Positions 21,399-41,846 of a stretch of DNA of 64,000 nt are shown in pieces. Each line of letters begins with the position of its first letter. Within the stretch, counting starts at the first letter, position 1. The position numbers and the translations under genes are program-made. Origin of the DNA: an uncultured Chloroflexia bacterium (GTDB taxonomy: Bacteria; Chloroflexota; Limnocylindria; Limnocylindrales; CSP1-4); assembly GCA_963813335.1 (NCBI GenBank), contig CAWEYL010000001.1:280797-344796 (forward strand), written 5' to 3'. Under the pieces are notes generated by a model, which worked only from the letters and a program-made list of their open reading frames with translations, ran no database searches and had not been told where the DNA came from.

Positions 21399-22103
21399 AT
21401 GGCACACGGCAAGAAGTACACCGAGGCGGCGAAGCTCGTCGAGCACGGCCGCGTCTACGAGCCCGCCGAGGCGGTCGAGCTCGCCAAGCAGACCACGACG
21501 GTCTCGTTCGACGCGACCATCGAGGCGCACCTGCGGCTCGGGGTCGACCCCCGTCATGCGGACCAGCTCGTCCGTGGCACGGTCGTGCTCCCGCACGGCA
21601 CCGGCAAGGTCGTCCGCGTGGCGGTGTTCGCCACCGGCGAGAAGGCCCAGGAGGCGCTGCGCGCCGGCGCCGACGAGGTCGGCGGCGACGACCTGGTCAA
21701 GAAGATCGAGGCCGGCTGGCTCGAGTTCGACGTCGCCCTCGCGACCCCCGACTCGATGGGCCTGGTCGGCAAGCTCGGCAAGATCCTCGGCCGCCGCGGC
21801 CTGATGCCGAACCCCAAGGCCGGGACCATCACCTTCGACCTCGAGCGGGCGATCAAGGAAGTCAAGGCCGGCCGCGTCGAGTACAAGGTCGACAAGGCCG
21901 GGATCGTCCACGTGGCGGTCGGGCGCAGCAGCTTCGAGGCCAGCGCCCTGCTCGAGAACCTCGCGACCCTGGTCGACGCGGTCAACCGCGCCAAGCCCTC
22001 GGGCGCCAAGGGCCAGTACCTCAAGACCCTCACGATCGCCAGCACGATGGGCCCGGGCATCCGGGTCGACCTGCCGGGCGTCCTGGCCGCCGCGGCGGCC
22101 TGA
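21399..22103 (+). CDS. rplA: 50S ribosomal protein L1
   Basis: [34 protein letters not shown]. Confidence 0.96.
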   Translation: MAHGKKYTEAAKLVEHGRVYEPAEAVELAKQTTTVSFDATIEAHLRLGVDPRHADQLVRGTVVLPHGTGKVVRVAVFATGEKAQEALRAGADEVGGDDLVKKIEAGWLEFDVALATPDSMGLVGKLGKILGRRGLMPNPKAGTITFDLERAIKEVKAGRVEYKVDKAGIVHVAVGRSSFEASALLENLATLVDAVNRAKPSGAKGQYLKTLTIASTMGPGIRVDLPGVLAAAAA

Positions 22104-22471
22104 CCCACCGGCCGGCGGGTCGCCGGCCACCAGACGCGATGACAGCCGAGAGGCCGGTCATCTGACCAGATAGACGGACCGCCGCAGACAGCCTGCGCCC
22201 GCGGACCGCTGACGACTCGAACAGTCGCCAACGGTCGGGGCTTGATCCGCCGGACCGGACCGGGACCCACCCGCAGGGGAGGGGACCGGGGACGACGACG
22301 AGCACGCCGAGGCAGATCGGTGCCGCACACCCTCCCGGGTGGGCTGCGCCCCTGCGAGTGGGGTCGACCTCCGCCGAGGAGGTGGACCGGGGCCGTCGCA
22401 GGGGCCACCCGACCACGACGTCGGGCGTCCACCGCCGCACGCCGGCTGCGTGCCGCACGAAGGAGGGCCAC
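22104..22471 (+). promoter_or_regulatory. Long (368 nt) rplA-rplJ spacer; candidate L10 autoregulatory leader
   Basis: No credible ORF. GC hairpin GGCCGGCG-GGT-CGCCGGCC at 22108-22126. SD GAAGGAGG before ATG 22472. Confidence 0.3.
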
Positions 22472-23002
22472 ATGCCCACGGAGGCCAAACAGGCCACGGT
22501 CGCCGAGCTGCGCGAGGATCTCGCCAACAGCCGGACGCTGATCGTGTCCGAGTACCGCGGCCTCAAGGTGAAGGAGATCGCCGAGATCCGGCGCGCCCTG
22601 CGCAAGCAGGACGTCAGCTATCGCGTGGTCAAGAACCGGCTGATGCGCATCGCCGCCGAGGATTCGGTCGGCGAGGCCCTGAGCCCGCTCCTGACCGGCC
22701 CGACCGCCATCGCGTTCGGGAACGACGAAGCCGGGACTGCCAAGGCCGTCCTCGAGGCCACCCGCCCGTACAACAAGATCGTGCGGATCACGGGTGCCGT
22801 CCTGGGCGATACGGCGATCGACGCCGACGCCGTCACGCGATTGGCCGCACTGCCGTCGCGCGAGATCCTGCTGGCCAAGCTGGCCGGTGGGATGCAGGCG
22901 CCGGTCGCGACCCTGGCCGGGCTCTTCGCCGCGCCGCTGCGCAACCTGGGCTACGCCCTCGCGCAGGTGGCCGAGCAGAAGGCCAAGGCCGGCGACGCGT
23001 AG
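22472..23002 (+). CDS. rplJ: 50S ribosomal protein L10
   Basis: [33 protein letters not shown]. The ATG is preceded by GAAGGAGG. The ORF-track start (22358) is upstream in the same frame. Confidence 0.93.
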   Translation: MPTEAKQATVAELREDLANSRTLIVSEYRGLKVKEIAEIRRALRKQDVSYRVVKNRLMRIAAEDSVGEALSPLLTGPTAIAFGNDEAGTAKAVLEATRPYNKIVRITGAVLGDTAIDADAVTRLAALPSREILLAKLAGGMQAPVATLAGLFAAPLRNLGYALAQVAEQKAKAGDA

Positions 23003-23057
23003 CGCCCCTCACCTGACCCACCACGACACCGATACCCGACCAAGGAGACGACCAGAC

Positions 23058-23459
23058 ATGGCTGCCAAGACCCAGGACGAGCTGCTCGACGCGATCGACA
23101 AGATGACCGTGCTCGAGCTGTCCGAGTTCATCAAGAAGTTCGAAGAGCGCTACGGCGTGACCGCTGCGGCCCCGGCCGCCGTGGCCGCCGCCCCGGCCGC
23201 CGCCGGTGGCGACACCGGTGCCGCCGCCGCGGCCGGCGCCGAGGAGCAGACCGAGTTCACCGCGACCCTGACCGAGATCGGGCCGAACAAGATCCCGGTC
23301 ATCAAGGTCGTCCGCGAGCTGACCGGCCTGGGCCTCAAGGAGGCCAAGGATCTCGTCGACGCCGCGCCCAAGGCCGTCAAGGAAGGCGTGACCAAGGACG
23401 AGGCCGAGAAGATCAAGGCCGCCATCGAAGAGCAGGGGGGCAAGGTCGAGATCAAGTAG
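23058..23459 (+). CDS. rplL: 50S ribosomal protein L7/L12
   Basis: [34 protein letters not shown], Ala-rich hinge, C-terminal [12 protein letters not shown]. Confidence 0.96.
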   Translation: MAAKTQDELLDAIDKMTVLELSEFIKKFEERYGVTAAAPAAVAAAPAAAGGDTGAAAAAGAEEQTEFTATLTEIGPNKIPVIKVVRELTGLGLKEAKDLVDAAPKAVKEGVTKDEAEKIKAAIEEQGGKVEIK

Positions 23460-23493
23460 GCGGCACTGTTGGTGGCCGGCGGGCTGGGCGGCG

Positions 23494-23575
23494 CATCCGT
23501 GCGTTGCCCGCTCCGCCGGTCGCTCACGCACCTTGGGGTGCGCTCGCTCCCTTGCTCGCTGGCGCCTTCGGGCTG
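23494..23575 (+). repeat. Intergenic repeat, copy A (after rplL)
   Basis: CATCCGTGCGTTGCCCGCTCCGCCGGTCGCTCACGCACCTTGGGGTGCGCTCGCTCCCTTGCTCGCTGGCGCCTTCGGGCTG. Matched by 52003-52084 (reverse orientation) and 53761-53845. Confidence 0.85.
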
Positions 23576-23590
23576 CATCCGCCCCGCCTG

Positions 23591-23636
23591 CCGGCTTCGC
23601 GGTACTGATGAGGAATCAAGCTGGCCGGCTTCGCGG
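23591..23636 (+). repeat. Direct repeat CCGGCTTCGCGG (x2) flanking the first GATGAGGAATC
   Basis: CCGGCTTCGCGG at 23591-23602 and 23625-23636. GATGAGGAATC at 23607-23617 and again at 23715-23725. Confidence 0.8.
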
Positions 23637-23707
23637 ATCTTGCCAACGTCGTATCGACCCGAGCTCCGGAATCCCGAAATGGGCCCCTTTACCAGAACTG
23701 GGGCCAT

Positions 23708-23735
23708 TTGACAAGATGAGGAATCGCGATATCCT
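23708..23735 (+). promoter_or_regulatory. Candidate rpoBC promoter (TTGACA, 16-nt spacer, TATCCT)
   Basis: TTGACAagatgaggaatcgcgaTATCCT in a locally AT-rich stretch, about 60 nt upstream of rpoB. SD AAGGAG at 23782-23787. Confidence 0.5.
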
Positions 23736-23796
23736 ACTCCTTCTGTGAGCGCGGCCCTCTTCCCCCTTCCTAGCCTCCGTCAAGGAGTGGTGCTTC

Positions 23797-27276
<3,480 letters not shown>

Positions 27277-27396
27277 CCGCCCTGCACCCGTACCCGTCCC
27301 TGAACCACCCGCGGCGCCGCGTTTCGGCCGGCACGACGCCGCTCGCTCACGGTCCGCATCGTGTCGCCGAGCCAGACGGCGGCGCGGAGGAGAACC

Positions 27397-31908
<4,512 letters not shown>

Positions 31909-31921
31909 TCCGGGGGCCCCA

Positions 31922-31943
31922 GCGGGCCCTCGCGGCGGCCCGC
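31922..31943 (+). terminator. GC hairpin just after rpoC (possible terminator, no U-tract)
   Basis: GCGGGCC-ctcgcggc-GGCCCGC. Confidence 0.2.
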
Positions 31944-31950
31944 CGAGCGT

Positions 31951-31980
31951 TTGACACGCTCAGCGGGCCGCTGATAGACT
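31951..31980 (+). promoter_or_regulatory. Candidate str-operon promoter (TTGACA, 18-nt spacer, TGaTAGACT)
   Basis: TTGACAcgctcagcgggccgcTGaTAGACT, about 180 nt upstream of rpsL. Confidence 0.5.
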
Positions 31981-32162
31981 CCGCCTTCGTGGCCTCGGGA
32001 GGGGTCCGCCAGCGGCGTGCGCGCCGCAGACCACCTGACCACAGCATCCTGAAACCCTGAACCGGTCCCCGCCGGTCGCCCCCCAGGCGATCGTGCCTCA
32101 CCGGACCGGCCGGTCGGCGACGACCGTGACCTGATCACTTCGACGAGAGGAGCAGCGTTTTC

Positions 32163-32591
32163 GTGCCGACGATCAGCCAGCTCGTGCGACATGGTCGCCA
32201 GCGCAAGATCTCGAAGATCAAGGCGCCGGCGATGCGCAAGAACTGGAACAGCCTGCGGCAGCGCCAGGTACCCATCCCCGGCGCCCCCCAGAAGCGGGGT
32301 GTCTGCCTGCAGGTCCGGACGATGACGCCCAAGAAGCCGAACTCGGCGCTGCGCAAGATCGCGCGCGTGCGGCTGACCAACCAGATGGAGGTCACGGCCT
32401 ACATCCCCGGGATCGGCCACAACCTCCAGGAGCACTCGGTCGTCCTCGTCCGCGGCGGCCGCGTGAAGGACCTCCCTTCGGTCAAGTACCACATCATCCG
32501 CGGCACCCTCGACGCCGCCGGCGTGCGCGACCGCAAGCAGGGCCGCAGCAAGTACGGCGCGAAGGCCAGCGCGAAGCCGGGGGCCCGCTGA
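32163..32591 (+). CDS. rpsL: 30S ribosomal protein S12
   Basis: [13 protein letters not shown]...PQKRGVC...[11 protein letters not shown]. It has a Bacillus-type insertion ([17 protein letters not shown]) and a basic C-terminal tail. Confidence 0.96.
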   Translation: MPTISQLVRHGRQRKISKIKAPAMRKNWNSLRQRQVPIPGAPQKRGVCLQVRTMTPKKPNSALRKIARVRLTNQMEVTAYIPGIGHNLQEHSVVLVRGGRVKDLPSVKYHIIRGTLDAAGVRDRKQGRSKYGAKASAKPGAR

Positions 32592-32592
32592 C

Positions 32593-33060
32593 ATGCCGCG
32601 CCGAACGAGCATCCCGCGCAAGACCAAGTACGAGACGGTCCCGGCCAACCGCCTGACCGCCCGCTTCTCGGCGAAGCTGATGAAGGGCGGCAAGCAGAAC
32701 CTGGCCGAGCGGATCCTCCGCCAGGCCCTGGCCCGGGCCGAGGCCCAGGCGTCGCGCCCCGGCCTCGAGATCCTCGAGGCGGCGATGCGCAACGCCACCC
32801 CCATCATCGAAGTCAAGCCGCGCCGCGTCGGCGGCGCCACGTATCAGGTCCCGGTCGAGATCCGGGGCGATCGCCGCATGTCGCTCGGGGTCCGCTGGCT
32901 CGTCCAGGCGGCCCGCAAGCGCAACGGCAAGAGCATGAGCGAGAAGCTCGCCGCCGAGTTCGTCGATGCCATGAATGGCCTCGGCGCCGCGGTGAAGCGT
33001 CGCGAAGACACGCACAAGATGGCGGACGCCAACAAGGCGTTCAGCCATTTCAAGTGGTAG
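32593..33060 (+). CDS. rpsG: 30S ribosomal protein S7
   Basis: [21 protein letters not shown]...[20 protein letters not shown]. Confidence 0.96.
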   Translation: MPRRTSIPRKTKYETVPANRLTARFSAKLMKGGKQNLAERILRQALARAEAQASRPGLEILEAAMRNATPIIEVKPRRVGGATYQVPVEIRGDRRMSLGVRWLVQAARKRNGKSMSEKLAAEFVDAMNGLGAAVKRREDTHKMADANKAFSHFKW

Positions 33061-33079
33061 CTCGGGGAGCATAGGCACC

Positions 33080-35155
<2,076 letters not shown>

Positions 35156-35169
35156 CGGGAGCAGCCACG

Positions 35170-36366
<1,197 letters not shown>

Positions 36367-36373
36367 GGACGAG

Positions 36374-36682
36374 ATGGCGAAGCAGCGGATCCGGATCCGC
36401 CTCAAGGCCTACGATCACCGACTGCTCGATCAGTCGGCGGCCCAGATCGTCGAGACGGCCCAGCGCACCGGCGCGGACGTCGTCGGCCCCGTGCCGCTCC
36501 CGACGCGCATCGAGAAGTTCACGGTCCTGCGCTCGCCGTTCATCGACAAGGACAGCCGGGAGCAGTTCGAGATCCGCACCCACAAGCGGCTCGTGGACAT
36601 CCTGGACCCCTCGTCGAAGACGGTCGACGCCCTGATGCGACTCAGCCTGGCGGCTGGCGTCGACATCGAGATCAAGATGTGA
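36374..36682 (+). CDS. rpsJ: 30S ribosomal protein S10
   Basis: [19 protein letters not shown]. Confidence 0.96.
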   Translation: MAKQRIRIRLKAYDHRLLDQSAAQIVETAQRTGADVVGPVPLPTRIEKFTVLRSPFIDKDSREQFEIRTHKRLVDILDPSSKTVDALMRLSLAAGVDIEIKM

Positions 36683-37296
36683 TGGGCAACATCGGACTGA
36701 TCGGCCGCAAGGTCGGCATGACCCAGGTCTTCGAGGACGACGGCACCATGGTCGCCGTCTCCGTCGTGTCCATCGAGCCCAACACCGTCACGCGCCTGCG
36801 CACGACGGACCGGGACGGCTACACGGCCGTCCAGCTCGGCACGGAGGTGGCCCGGAAGCTGTCCAAGCCCGAGACCGGCCAGCTCAAGGACCTGCCCAAG
36901 GTGGCGACGATCCGCGAGTTCCGCGTCGACGACGTCGGAGCGTACGAGGTCGGCCAGACCGTCGCGATCAGCGACCTGTTCGCCGTGGGCGACGAGGTCG
37001 ACGTGACGGGCGTCTCGAAGGGCAAGGGCTTCGCCGGCCACATCAAGCGCCACAACTTCCACCGCGGGCCCAAGACCCACGGCTCCGACCACCATCGCGA
37101 GCCCGGCTCGATCGGCCCCGGCACCACCCCCGGTCGCGTCTACCGAGGCCTGAAGATGGCCGGCCACATGGGCGACGAGCGGACGACCATCAAGAAGGTG
37201 CGCGTCGTGCGCACCGACACCGATCGCAACCTGCTGCTGGTCAAGGGGAGCCTCCCCGGCGCGCGCGGCTCATTGATCCTCGTGAAGAAGGCCTGA
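36679..37296 (+). CDS. rplC: 50S ribosomal protein L3
   Basis: [13 protein letters not shown]. Start is GTG 36679 or ATG 36682. Confidence 0.95.
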   Translation: MMGNIGLIGRKVGMTQVFEDDGTMVAVSVVSIEPNTVTRLRTTDRDGYTAVQLGTEVARKLSKPETGQLKDLPKVATIREFRVDDVGAYEVGQTVAISDLFAVGDEVDVTGVSKGKGFAGHIKRHNFHRGPKTHGSDHHREPGSIGPGTTPGRVYRGLKMAGHMGDERTTIKKVRVVRTDTDRNLLLVKGSLPGARGSLILVKKA

Positions 37297-37300
37297 CGCG

Positions 37301-37924
37301 ATGCCGCAGACCAACCTGTACGACCGGACGGGCAAGACCGTCGGCAGCGTGGAGCTCAGCGACGAGCTCTTCGCTGCGCCGATCAACGCCGCCGTCCTCC
37401 ACCAGGTCGTGACCGCCCAGCTCGCCGGTCGCCGGACCGGCACGGCCGACACCAAGACCCGCGGCGAGGTCCGCGGCGGCGGCCGCAAGCCGTACCGCCA
37501 GAAGGGCACCGGCCGCGCCCGCCAGGGCACCGTCAGCGCCCCGCACTACCGTGGCGGCGGCGCGGTGTTCGGCCCGCACCCGCGCTCCTACGAGCAGCGC
37601 CTGCCGCGCAAGATGAAGCGGCTGGCCCTGCGCGGCGCGCTCACCGCCAAGTTCGGCGACGAGGCGATCATGGTCATCGACTCGTTCGGGCTCGAGGCGG
37701 TCAAGACGCGCGACCTGGCCGGCGTGCTCGGCGCCCTCAAGGCGTCGGGTCACGTGCTGGTCGTGTCGCCGGCGCGCGACGAGAAGCTCCAGCTGTCGGC
37801 GCGCAACCTGCCGACCGTCGAGATCATCCTCGCCGACTCGCTCAACGTCGTCGACCTGCTGAAGGCCGATGTCGTGCTCATCGAGGAGGCCTCCCTGGCC
37901 CGGATGCAGGAGGTCTACGCATGA
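37301..37924 (+). CDS. rplD: 50S ribosomal protein L4
   Basis: [19 protein letters not shown]. Confidence 0.95.
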   Translation: MPQTNLYDRTGKTVGSVELSDELFAAPINAAVLHQVVTAQLAGRRTGTADTKTRGEVRGGGRKPYRQKGTGRARQGTVSAPHYRGGGAVFGPHPRSYEQRLPRKMKRLALRGALTAKFGDEAIMVIDSFGLEAVKTRDLAGVLGALKASGHVLVVSPARDEKLQLSARNLPTVEIILADSLNVVDLLKADVVLIEEASLARMQEVYA

Positions 37925-38235
37925 GCGTCCTGACCGCGCCGGAGATCATCCTGCGCCCCGTCATCAGCGAGAAGTCCATCGACGAGTCCGGCCGCGGCAA
38001 GTACACCTTCGCGGTGCACCACGACGCCAACAAGATCCAGATCAAGGCGGCGATCGAGGAGCTGTACAAGAAGGAGAAGGTGACGGTCGTCGCGGTCAAC
38101 GTCCTGACCACGAAGGCCAAGGAGAAGCGGCGCGGCACGCGGCGCGGCCGGATCGTCGGCCACACCACGCCGTGGCGCAAGGCCATCGTCACGCTGGCCC
38201 CGGGCCAGAAGATCGAATTCTTCGAGGGGGTCTGA
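37921..38235 (+). CDS. rplW: 50S ribosomal protein L23
   Basis: [10 protein letters not shown]...[17 protein letters not shown]. Confidence 0.95.
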   Translation: MSVLTAPEIILRPVISEKSIDESGRGKYTFAVHHDANKIQIKAAIEELYKKEKVTVVAVNVLTTKAKEKRRGTRRGRIVGHTTPWRKAIVTLAPGQKIEFFEGV

Positions 38236-38237
38236 CG

Positions 38238-39065
38238 ATGCCGCTTCGCAGTTACAAGGCCACCTCGCCGGGGCTCCGGCAGATGACTCGCTCGACCTTC
38301 GAGGAGATCACCACCAAGGAGCCGCACAAGCCCCTGCTCGAGAAGCAGATCCGCGGGTCCGGGCGCAACAACGCCGGCCGCCTGACGGTCCGCCATCGCG
38401 GCGGCGGCGAGAAGCAGCACTACCGCATCATCGACTTCAAGCGCAACAAGATCGGCGTCCCCGCCCGGCTCGCGACCATCGAGTACGACCCCAACCGCTC
38501 GGCGCGGATCGGCCTGCTCCACTATCGCGACGGCGAGAAGCGCTACATGCTCCTGCCCCACGGCATGAAGGTGGGTGACGTCGTCGTCGCCGGACCGGAT
38601 GCCGAGGCGCGGCTGGGCAACGCACTGCCGATCTCCAACATCCCGCTCGGCACGACCATCCACAACATCGAGCTGATCCCCGGCAAGGGCGGTCAGATCG
38701 TGCGCTCCGCCGGCACTTCGGCCCAGCTGCTCGCCAAGGAAGGCGAGTACGCCCAGGTCCGCCTGCCGTCGGGCGAGGTCCGCCGCGTCAGCATCCGCTG
38801 CATGGCCACCATCGGCCAGGTCAGCAACCTCGATCACGAGAACCAGAACCTCGGCAAGGCCGGCCGCGCCCGGCACCTCGGCCAGCGGCCCGAGGTCCGG
38901 GGCGTCGTCATGAATCCGCGCGACCATCCGCACGGCGGTGGTGAGGGCAAGTCCCCGACCGGGATGCCGCCCAAGACCCCGTGGGGCAAGCCCGCCATGG
39001 GCTATCGCACCCGGCGGTCGAAGACGACCGGACGTCTCATCGTCCGGTCACGGCATCGCAAGTAG
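38238..39065 (+). CDS. rplB: 50S ribosomal protein L2
   Basis: [15 protein letters not shown]...[15 protein letters not shown]. The ORF-track start (37869) is an in-frame upstream artefact. Confidence 0.95.
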   Translation: MPLRSYKATSPGLRQMTRSTFEEITTKEPHKPLLEKQIRGSGRNNAGRLTVRHRGGGEKQHYRIIDFKRNKIGVPARLATIEYDPNRSARIGLLHYRDGEKRYMLLPHGMKVGDVVVAGPDAEARLGNALPISNIPLGTTIHNIELIPGKGGQIVRSAGTSAQLLAKEGEYAQVRLPSGEVRRVSIRCMATIGQVSNLDHENQNLGKAGRARHLGQRPEVRGVVMNPRDHPHGGGEGKSPTGMPPKTPWGKPAMGYRTRRSKTTGRLIVRSRHRK

Positions 39066-39082
39066 CGGGGAGGTAGGAGCCG

Positions 39083-39367
39083 ATGTCCCGTTCCATCAAG
39101 AAGGGCCCCTTCGTGGAGGCCCGACTCCTCGGCCGGATCGAGGAGATGAACAAGCGCAACGAGAAGAAGGTCGTCAAGACCTGGTCGCGCGCGTCGGTGA
39201 TCTTCCCGACGTTCATCGGCCACACCATCGCCGTGTACAACGGCAAGAAGCACGTCCCGGTCTACGTGACCGAGAACATGGTCGGGCATCGCCTCGGTGA
39301 GTTCAGCCCCACCCGCAACTACCGCGGGCACGGCAAGCACACCGAGCGGTCGCTGGCGCTGAAGTAG
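39083..39367 (+). CDS. rpsS: 30S ribosomal protein S19
   Basis: [11 protein letters not shown]...[16 protein letters not shown]. Confidence 0.96.
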   Translation: MSRSIKKGPFVEARLLGRIEEMNKRNEKKVVKTWSRASVIFPTFIGHTIAVYNGKKHVPVYVTENMVGHRLGEFSPTRNYRGHGKHTERSLALK

Positions 39368-39381
39368 GGAGCGACCTGACC

Positions 39382-39720
39382 GTGCGTGTTTCCGCTACTG
39401 CCAAGTACCTTCGCGGCTCGACCCGCAAGGCCCGACTGGTCACGACCGCCATCAAGGGCAAGCCGGTCGAGGAGGCCGCGGCATTGCTCAGGTTCATGCC
39501 GCAGTACGCCGCCAAGGACGTCGCGCGCGTGCTCCACAGCGCGACCGCGAACGCCGAGAACAACCACAACCTGTCGGCCGAGGACCTGATCGTCCTCGAT
39601 GCCGTCGCCGATGAGGGGCCGACGATCAAGCGCTTCCGCCCGCGGGCGCAGGGCCGCGCGTTCCCCATCCACAAGCCCATGACCCACATCACGATCGTCG
39701 TCGCGGACCAGGAGGCCTGA
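39382..39720 (+). CDS. rplV: 50S ribosomal protein L22
   Basis: ATAKYLRGSTRKARLV...RFRPRAQGRAFPIHKPMTHITI. Confidence 0.95.
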   Translation: MRVSATAKYLRGSTRKARLVTTAIKGKPVEEAAALLRFMPQYAAKDVARVLHSATANAENNHNLSAEDLIVLDAVADEGPTIKRFRPRAQGRAFPIHKPMTHITIVVADQEA

Positions 39721-39721
39721 C

Positions 39722-40405
39722 ATGGGACACAAGGTCCATCCATACGGCTTCCGCCTGGGTGTCTCGCGCACCTGGACCGCGAAGTGGTACGCGGATGACA
39801 AGGAATACACCACCTCCCTCAAGGAGGACATCCTCATCCGCCAGCTGATCGACCGCCGCCTGGCCAACGCCAGCGTGAGCGGCGTCGAGGTGGAGCGCGG
39901 CATCAACCACGTGACGGTCACGATCCACACCGCCAAGCCGGGCATCGTCATCGGCAAGGGCGGCGCGAACGTCGAGATCCTGCGCCAGCAGGTCGGCGCG
40001 CTGACCGACCGCAAGGTCAAGCTGGAGATCAAGGAGATCCGCCAGCCCGAGCTCGACGCCTACCTGGTGGCCATGAACATCGCCGGCCAGCTGAGCCGCC
40101 GCATCGCCTTCAAGAAGGCCATGAAGCAGGCCATCCAGCGCTCGATGAAGGCCGGCGCGAAGGGCGTCAAGATCGCTGTCGCCGGCCGCCTCGGCGGCTC
40201 GGAGATGGGCCGTCGCGAGTGGGACAAGGAGGGGCGTATCCCCCTCGGGACGCTGCGCGCCGACATCAGCTACGGGCAGGTCCATGCCCACACGACCTAC
40301 GGCCGCATCGGCGTCAAGGTCTGGATCTACCGCGGCGACATCGCCCCGGAGCGCGTCCCCGCGCGCGACCTGAACGTGCCGGCCGTCGCCGGGACGGGGG
40401 TCTGA
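39722..40405 (+). CDS. rpsC: 30S ribosomal protein S3
   Basis: [15 protein letters not shown] domain, [10 protein letters not shown]. Confidence 0.96.
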   Translation: MGHKVHPYGFRLGVSRTWTAKWYADDKEYTTSLKEDILIRQLIDRRLANASVSGVEVERGINHVTVTIHTAKPGIVIGKGGANVEILRQQVGALTDRKVKLEIKEIRQPELDAYLVAMNIAGQLSRRIAFKKAMKQAIQRSMKAGAKGVKIAVAGRLGGSEMGRREWDKEGRIPLGTLRADISYGQVHAHTTYGRIGVKVWIYRGDIAPERVPARDLNVPAVAGTGV

Positions 40406-40407
40406 CC

Positions 40408-40830
40408 ATGCTGATGCCGAAGCGGGTCAAGCACCGCAAGGTCATGCGCGGCCGGATGTCCGGCGTCGCCAAGGGCGGCCACAGCGTGGCCTTCGGCGAG
40501 TACGGCCTGGCCACCCAGGAACCGGCCTGGATCACGAGCCGCCAGATCGAGGCGGCCCGCCGCGCGATGACCCGCTCGGTCAAGCGCGGCGGCAAGATCT
40601 GGATCCGGATCTTCCCGGACAAGCCCGCGACCAAGAAGCCGGCCGAGACCCGGATGGGCTCGGGCAAGGGCGCCCCCGACCATTGGGTCGCGGTCGTCAA
40701 GCCCGGGCGGATCCTGTTCGAGATGGCCGGCGTCGACCATGACTCGGCGATCGAGGCGATGCGCCTTGCCAGCCACAAGCTGCCCGTCGCCACGCGCGTG
40801 GTCGTCCGGGACGGGGCGAAGGAGGCGTGA
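40408..40830 (+). CDS. rplP: 50S ribosomal protein L16
   Basis: [17 protein letters not shown]...ETRMGSGKG. Confidence 0.95.
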   Translation: MLMPKRVKHRKVMRGRMSGVAKGGHSVAFGEYGLATQEPAWITSRQIEAARRAMTRSVKRGGKIWIRIFPDKPATKKPAETRMGSGKGAPDHWVAVVKPGRILFEMAGVDHDSAIEAMRLASHKLPVATRVVVRDGAKEA

Positions 40831-41033
40831 CGATGGACATCGACAAGGTCCGCGCCCTCTCCGACGCGGAGCTCGAGACCGCGCTTCGCGACGCGAAGCA
40901 GGACCTCTGGGGAGCGCGCTTCGCGCTCTCGACCAGGCAATTGAAGGACTTCAGCACGATCCCGCAGACGCGGCGAACGATCGCGCGGATCCTGACCGTC
41001 CAGCGCGAGCGCAAGCTCGGCAAGACGGCGTGA
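40827..41033 (+). CDS. rpmC: 50S ribosomal protein L29
   Basis: [24 protein letters not shown]. Confidence 0.9.
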   Translation: MTMDIDKVRALSDAELETALRDAKQDLWGARFALSTRQLKDFSTIPQTRRTIARILTVQRERKLGKTA

Positions 41034-41046
41034 GGGAGATCACGCG

Positions 41047-41481
41047 ATGACAGGAGCAAGCACCCGAGTGGACGGCAAGCGGAAGACCAAGGTCGGACGC
41101 GTGGTCAGCGACAAGATGGACAAGACGATCGTCGTGTCCGTCGAGCGCCTCACGCGCCACCGGCTGTACAAGCGGGTCATCCGCTTGAGCACCAAGTTCA
41201 AGGCGCACGACGAGACCAACGACGCCAGGATCGGCGACACGGTCCTCATCGAGGAGTCGCGCCCGCTCTCGGCCACCAAGCGCTGGCGGCTCGTCAGCGT
41301 GGTCGCGCGCGCCGGTGACAGCGGCACGCCCATCGATCTCATCTCCGAGGAGACCGCGACCTCCGAGGCCATCCACTCGGCGGCCCATCCGGGCCGGGTC
41401 CGCGCCGAGGCCGAGGCGGCCGAGGCCGCTGCGGCCGACGCCGCCGGCAGCGATGCCGCGGCAGGGGAGCCCGCGTCGTGA
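41047..41481 (+). CDS. rpsQ: 30S ribosomal protein S17 with a ~58-aa C-terminal extension
   Basis: [29 protein letters not shown]...SATKRWRL, then [12 protein letters not shown]...[15 protein letters not shown]. Confidence 0.93.
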   Translation: MTGASTRVDGKRKTKVGRVVSDKMDKTIVVSVERLTRHRLYKRVIRLSTKFKAHDETNDARIGDTVLIEESRPLSATKRWRLVSVVARAGDSGTPIDLISEETATSEAIHSAAHPGRVRAEAEAAEAAAADAAGSDAAAGEPAS

Positions 41482-41846
41482 TCCAGTCGCAGACCCGCCT
41501 CAAGGTGGCTGACAACACCGGCGCCCGCACCATCCAGTGCATCCGGGTGATGGGCCGCTCGCTCAAGACCGAGGCCGGCGTCGGCGACGTCATCGTCGCC
41601 AGCGTCAAGCAGGCCATCCCGAACGCCGCCGTCAAGAAGGGCGACGTGGTCCGCGCCGTGGTGGTCCGCACCGCCAAGGAGTACGGCCGCCCGGACGGGA
41701 GCTACATCCGCTTCGACGAGAACGCGGCGGTCCTCATCAACAACCAGGGCAATCCCCGCGGCACGCGCATCTTCGGCCCGGTCGCGCGCGAGCTGCGCGA
41801 CCGCAACTACATGAAGATCGTGTCGCTCGCCCCGGAGGTGCTCTGA
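41478..41846 (+). CDS. rplN: 50S ribosomal protein L14
   Basis: [17 protein letters not shown]. Confidence 0.96.
   Translation: MIQSQTRLKVADNTGARTIQCIRVMGRSLKTEAGVGDVIVASVKQAIPNAAVKKGDVVRAVVVRTAKEYGRPDGSYIRFDENAAVLINNQGNPRGTRIFGPVARELRDRNYMKIVSLAPEVL

Noticed and set aside
23596-23630. A second promoter built around the first GATGAGGAATC copy.
   Set aside because: The flanks lack anything like the TTGACA and TATCCT that surround the second copy.
23469-23711. Small ORFs overlapping the intergenic repeat copies (23469-23711, 53762-53980, and the tail of 51962-52882 minus), which share a ...SLTHLGVRSL.CS... peptide in one frame.
   Set aside because: The listed ORFs use different frames in different copies and have no SD or start context. 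One copy is embedded in an obvious antisense shadow ORF. The shared peptide is simply a consequence of nucleotide identity.
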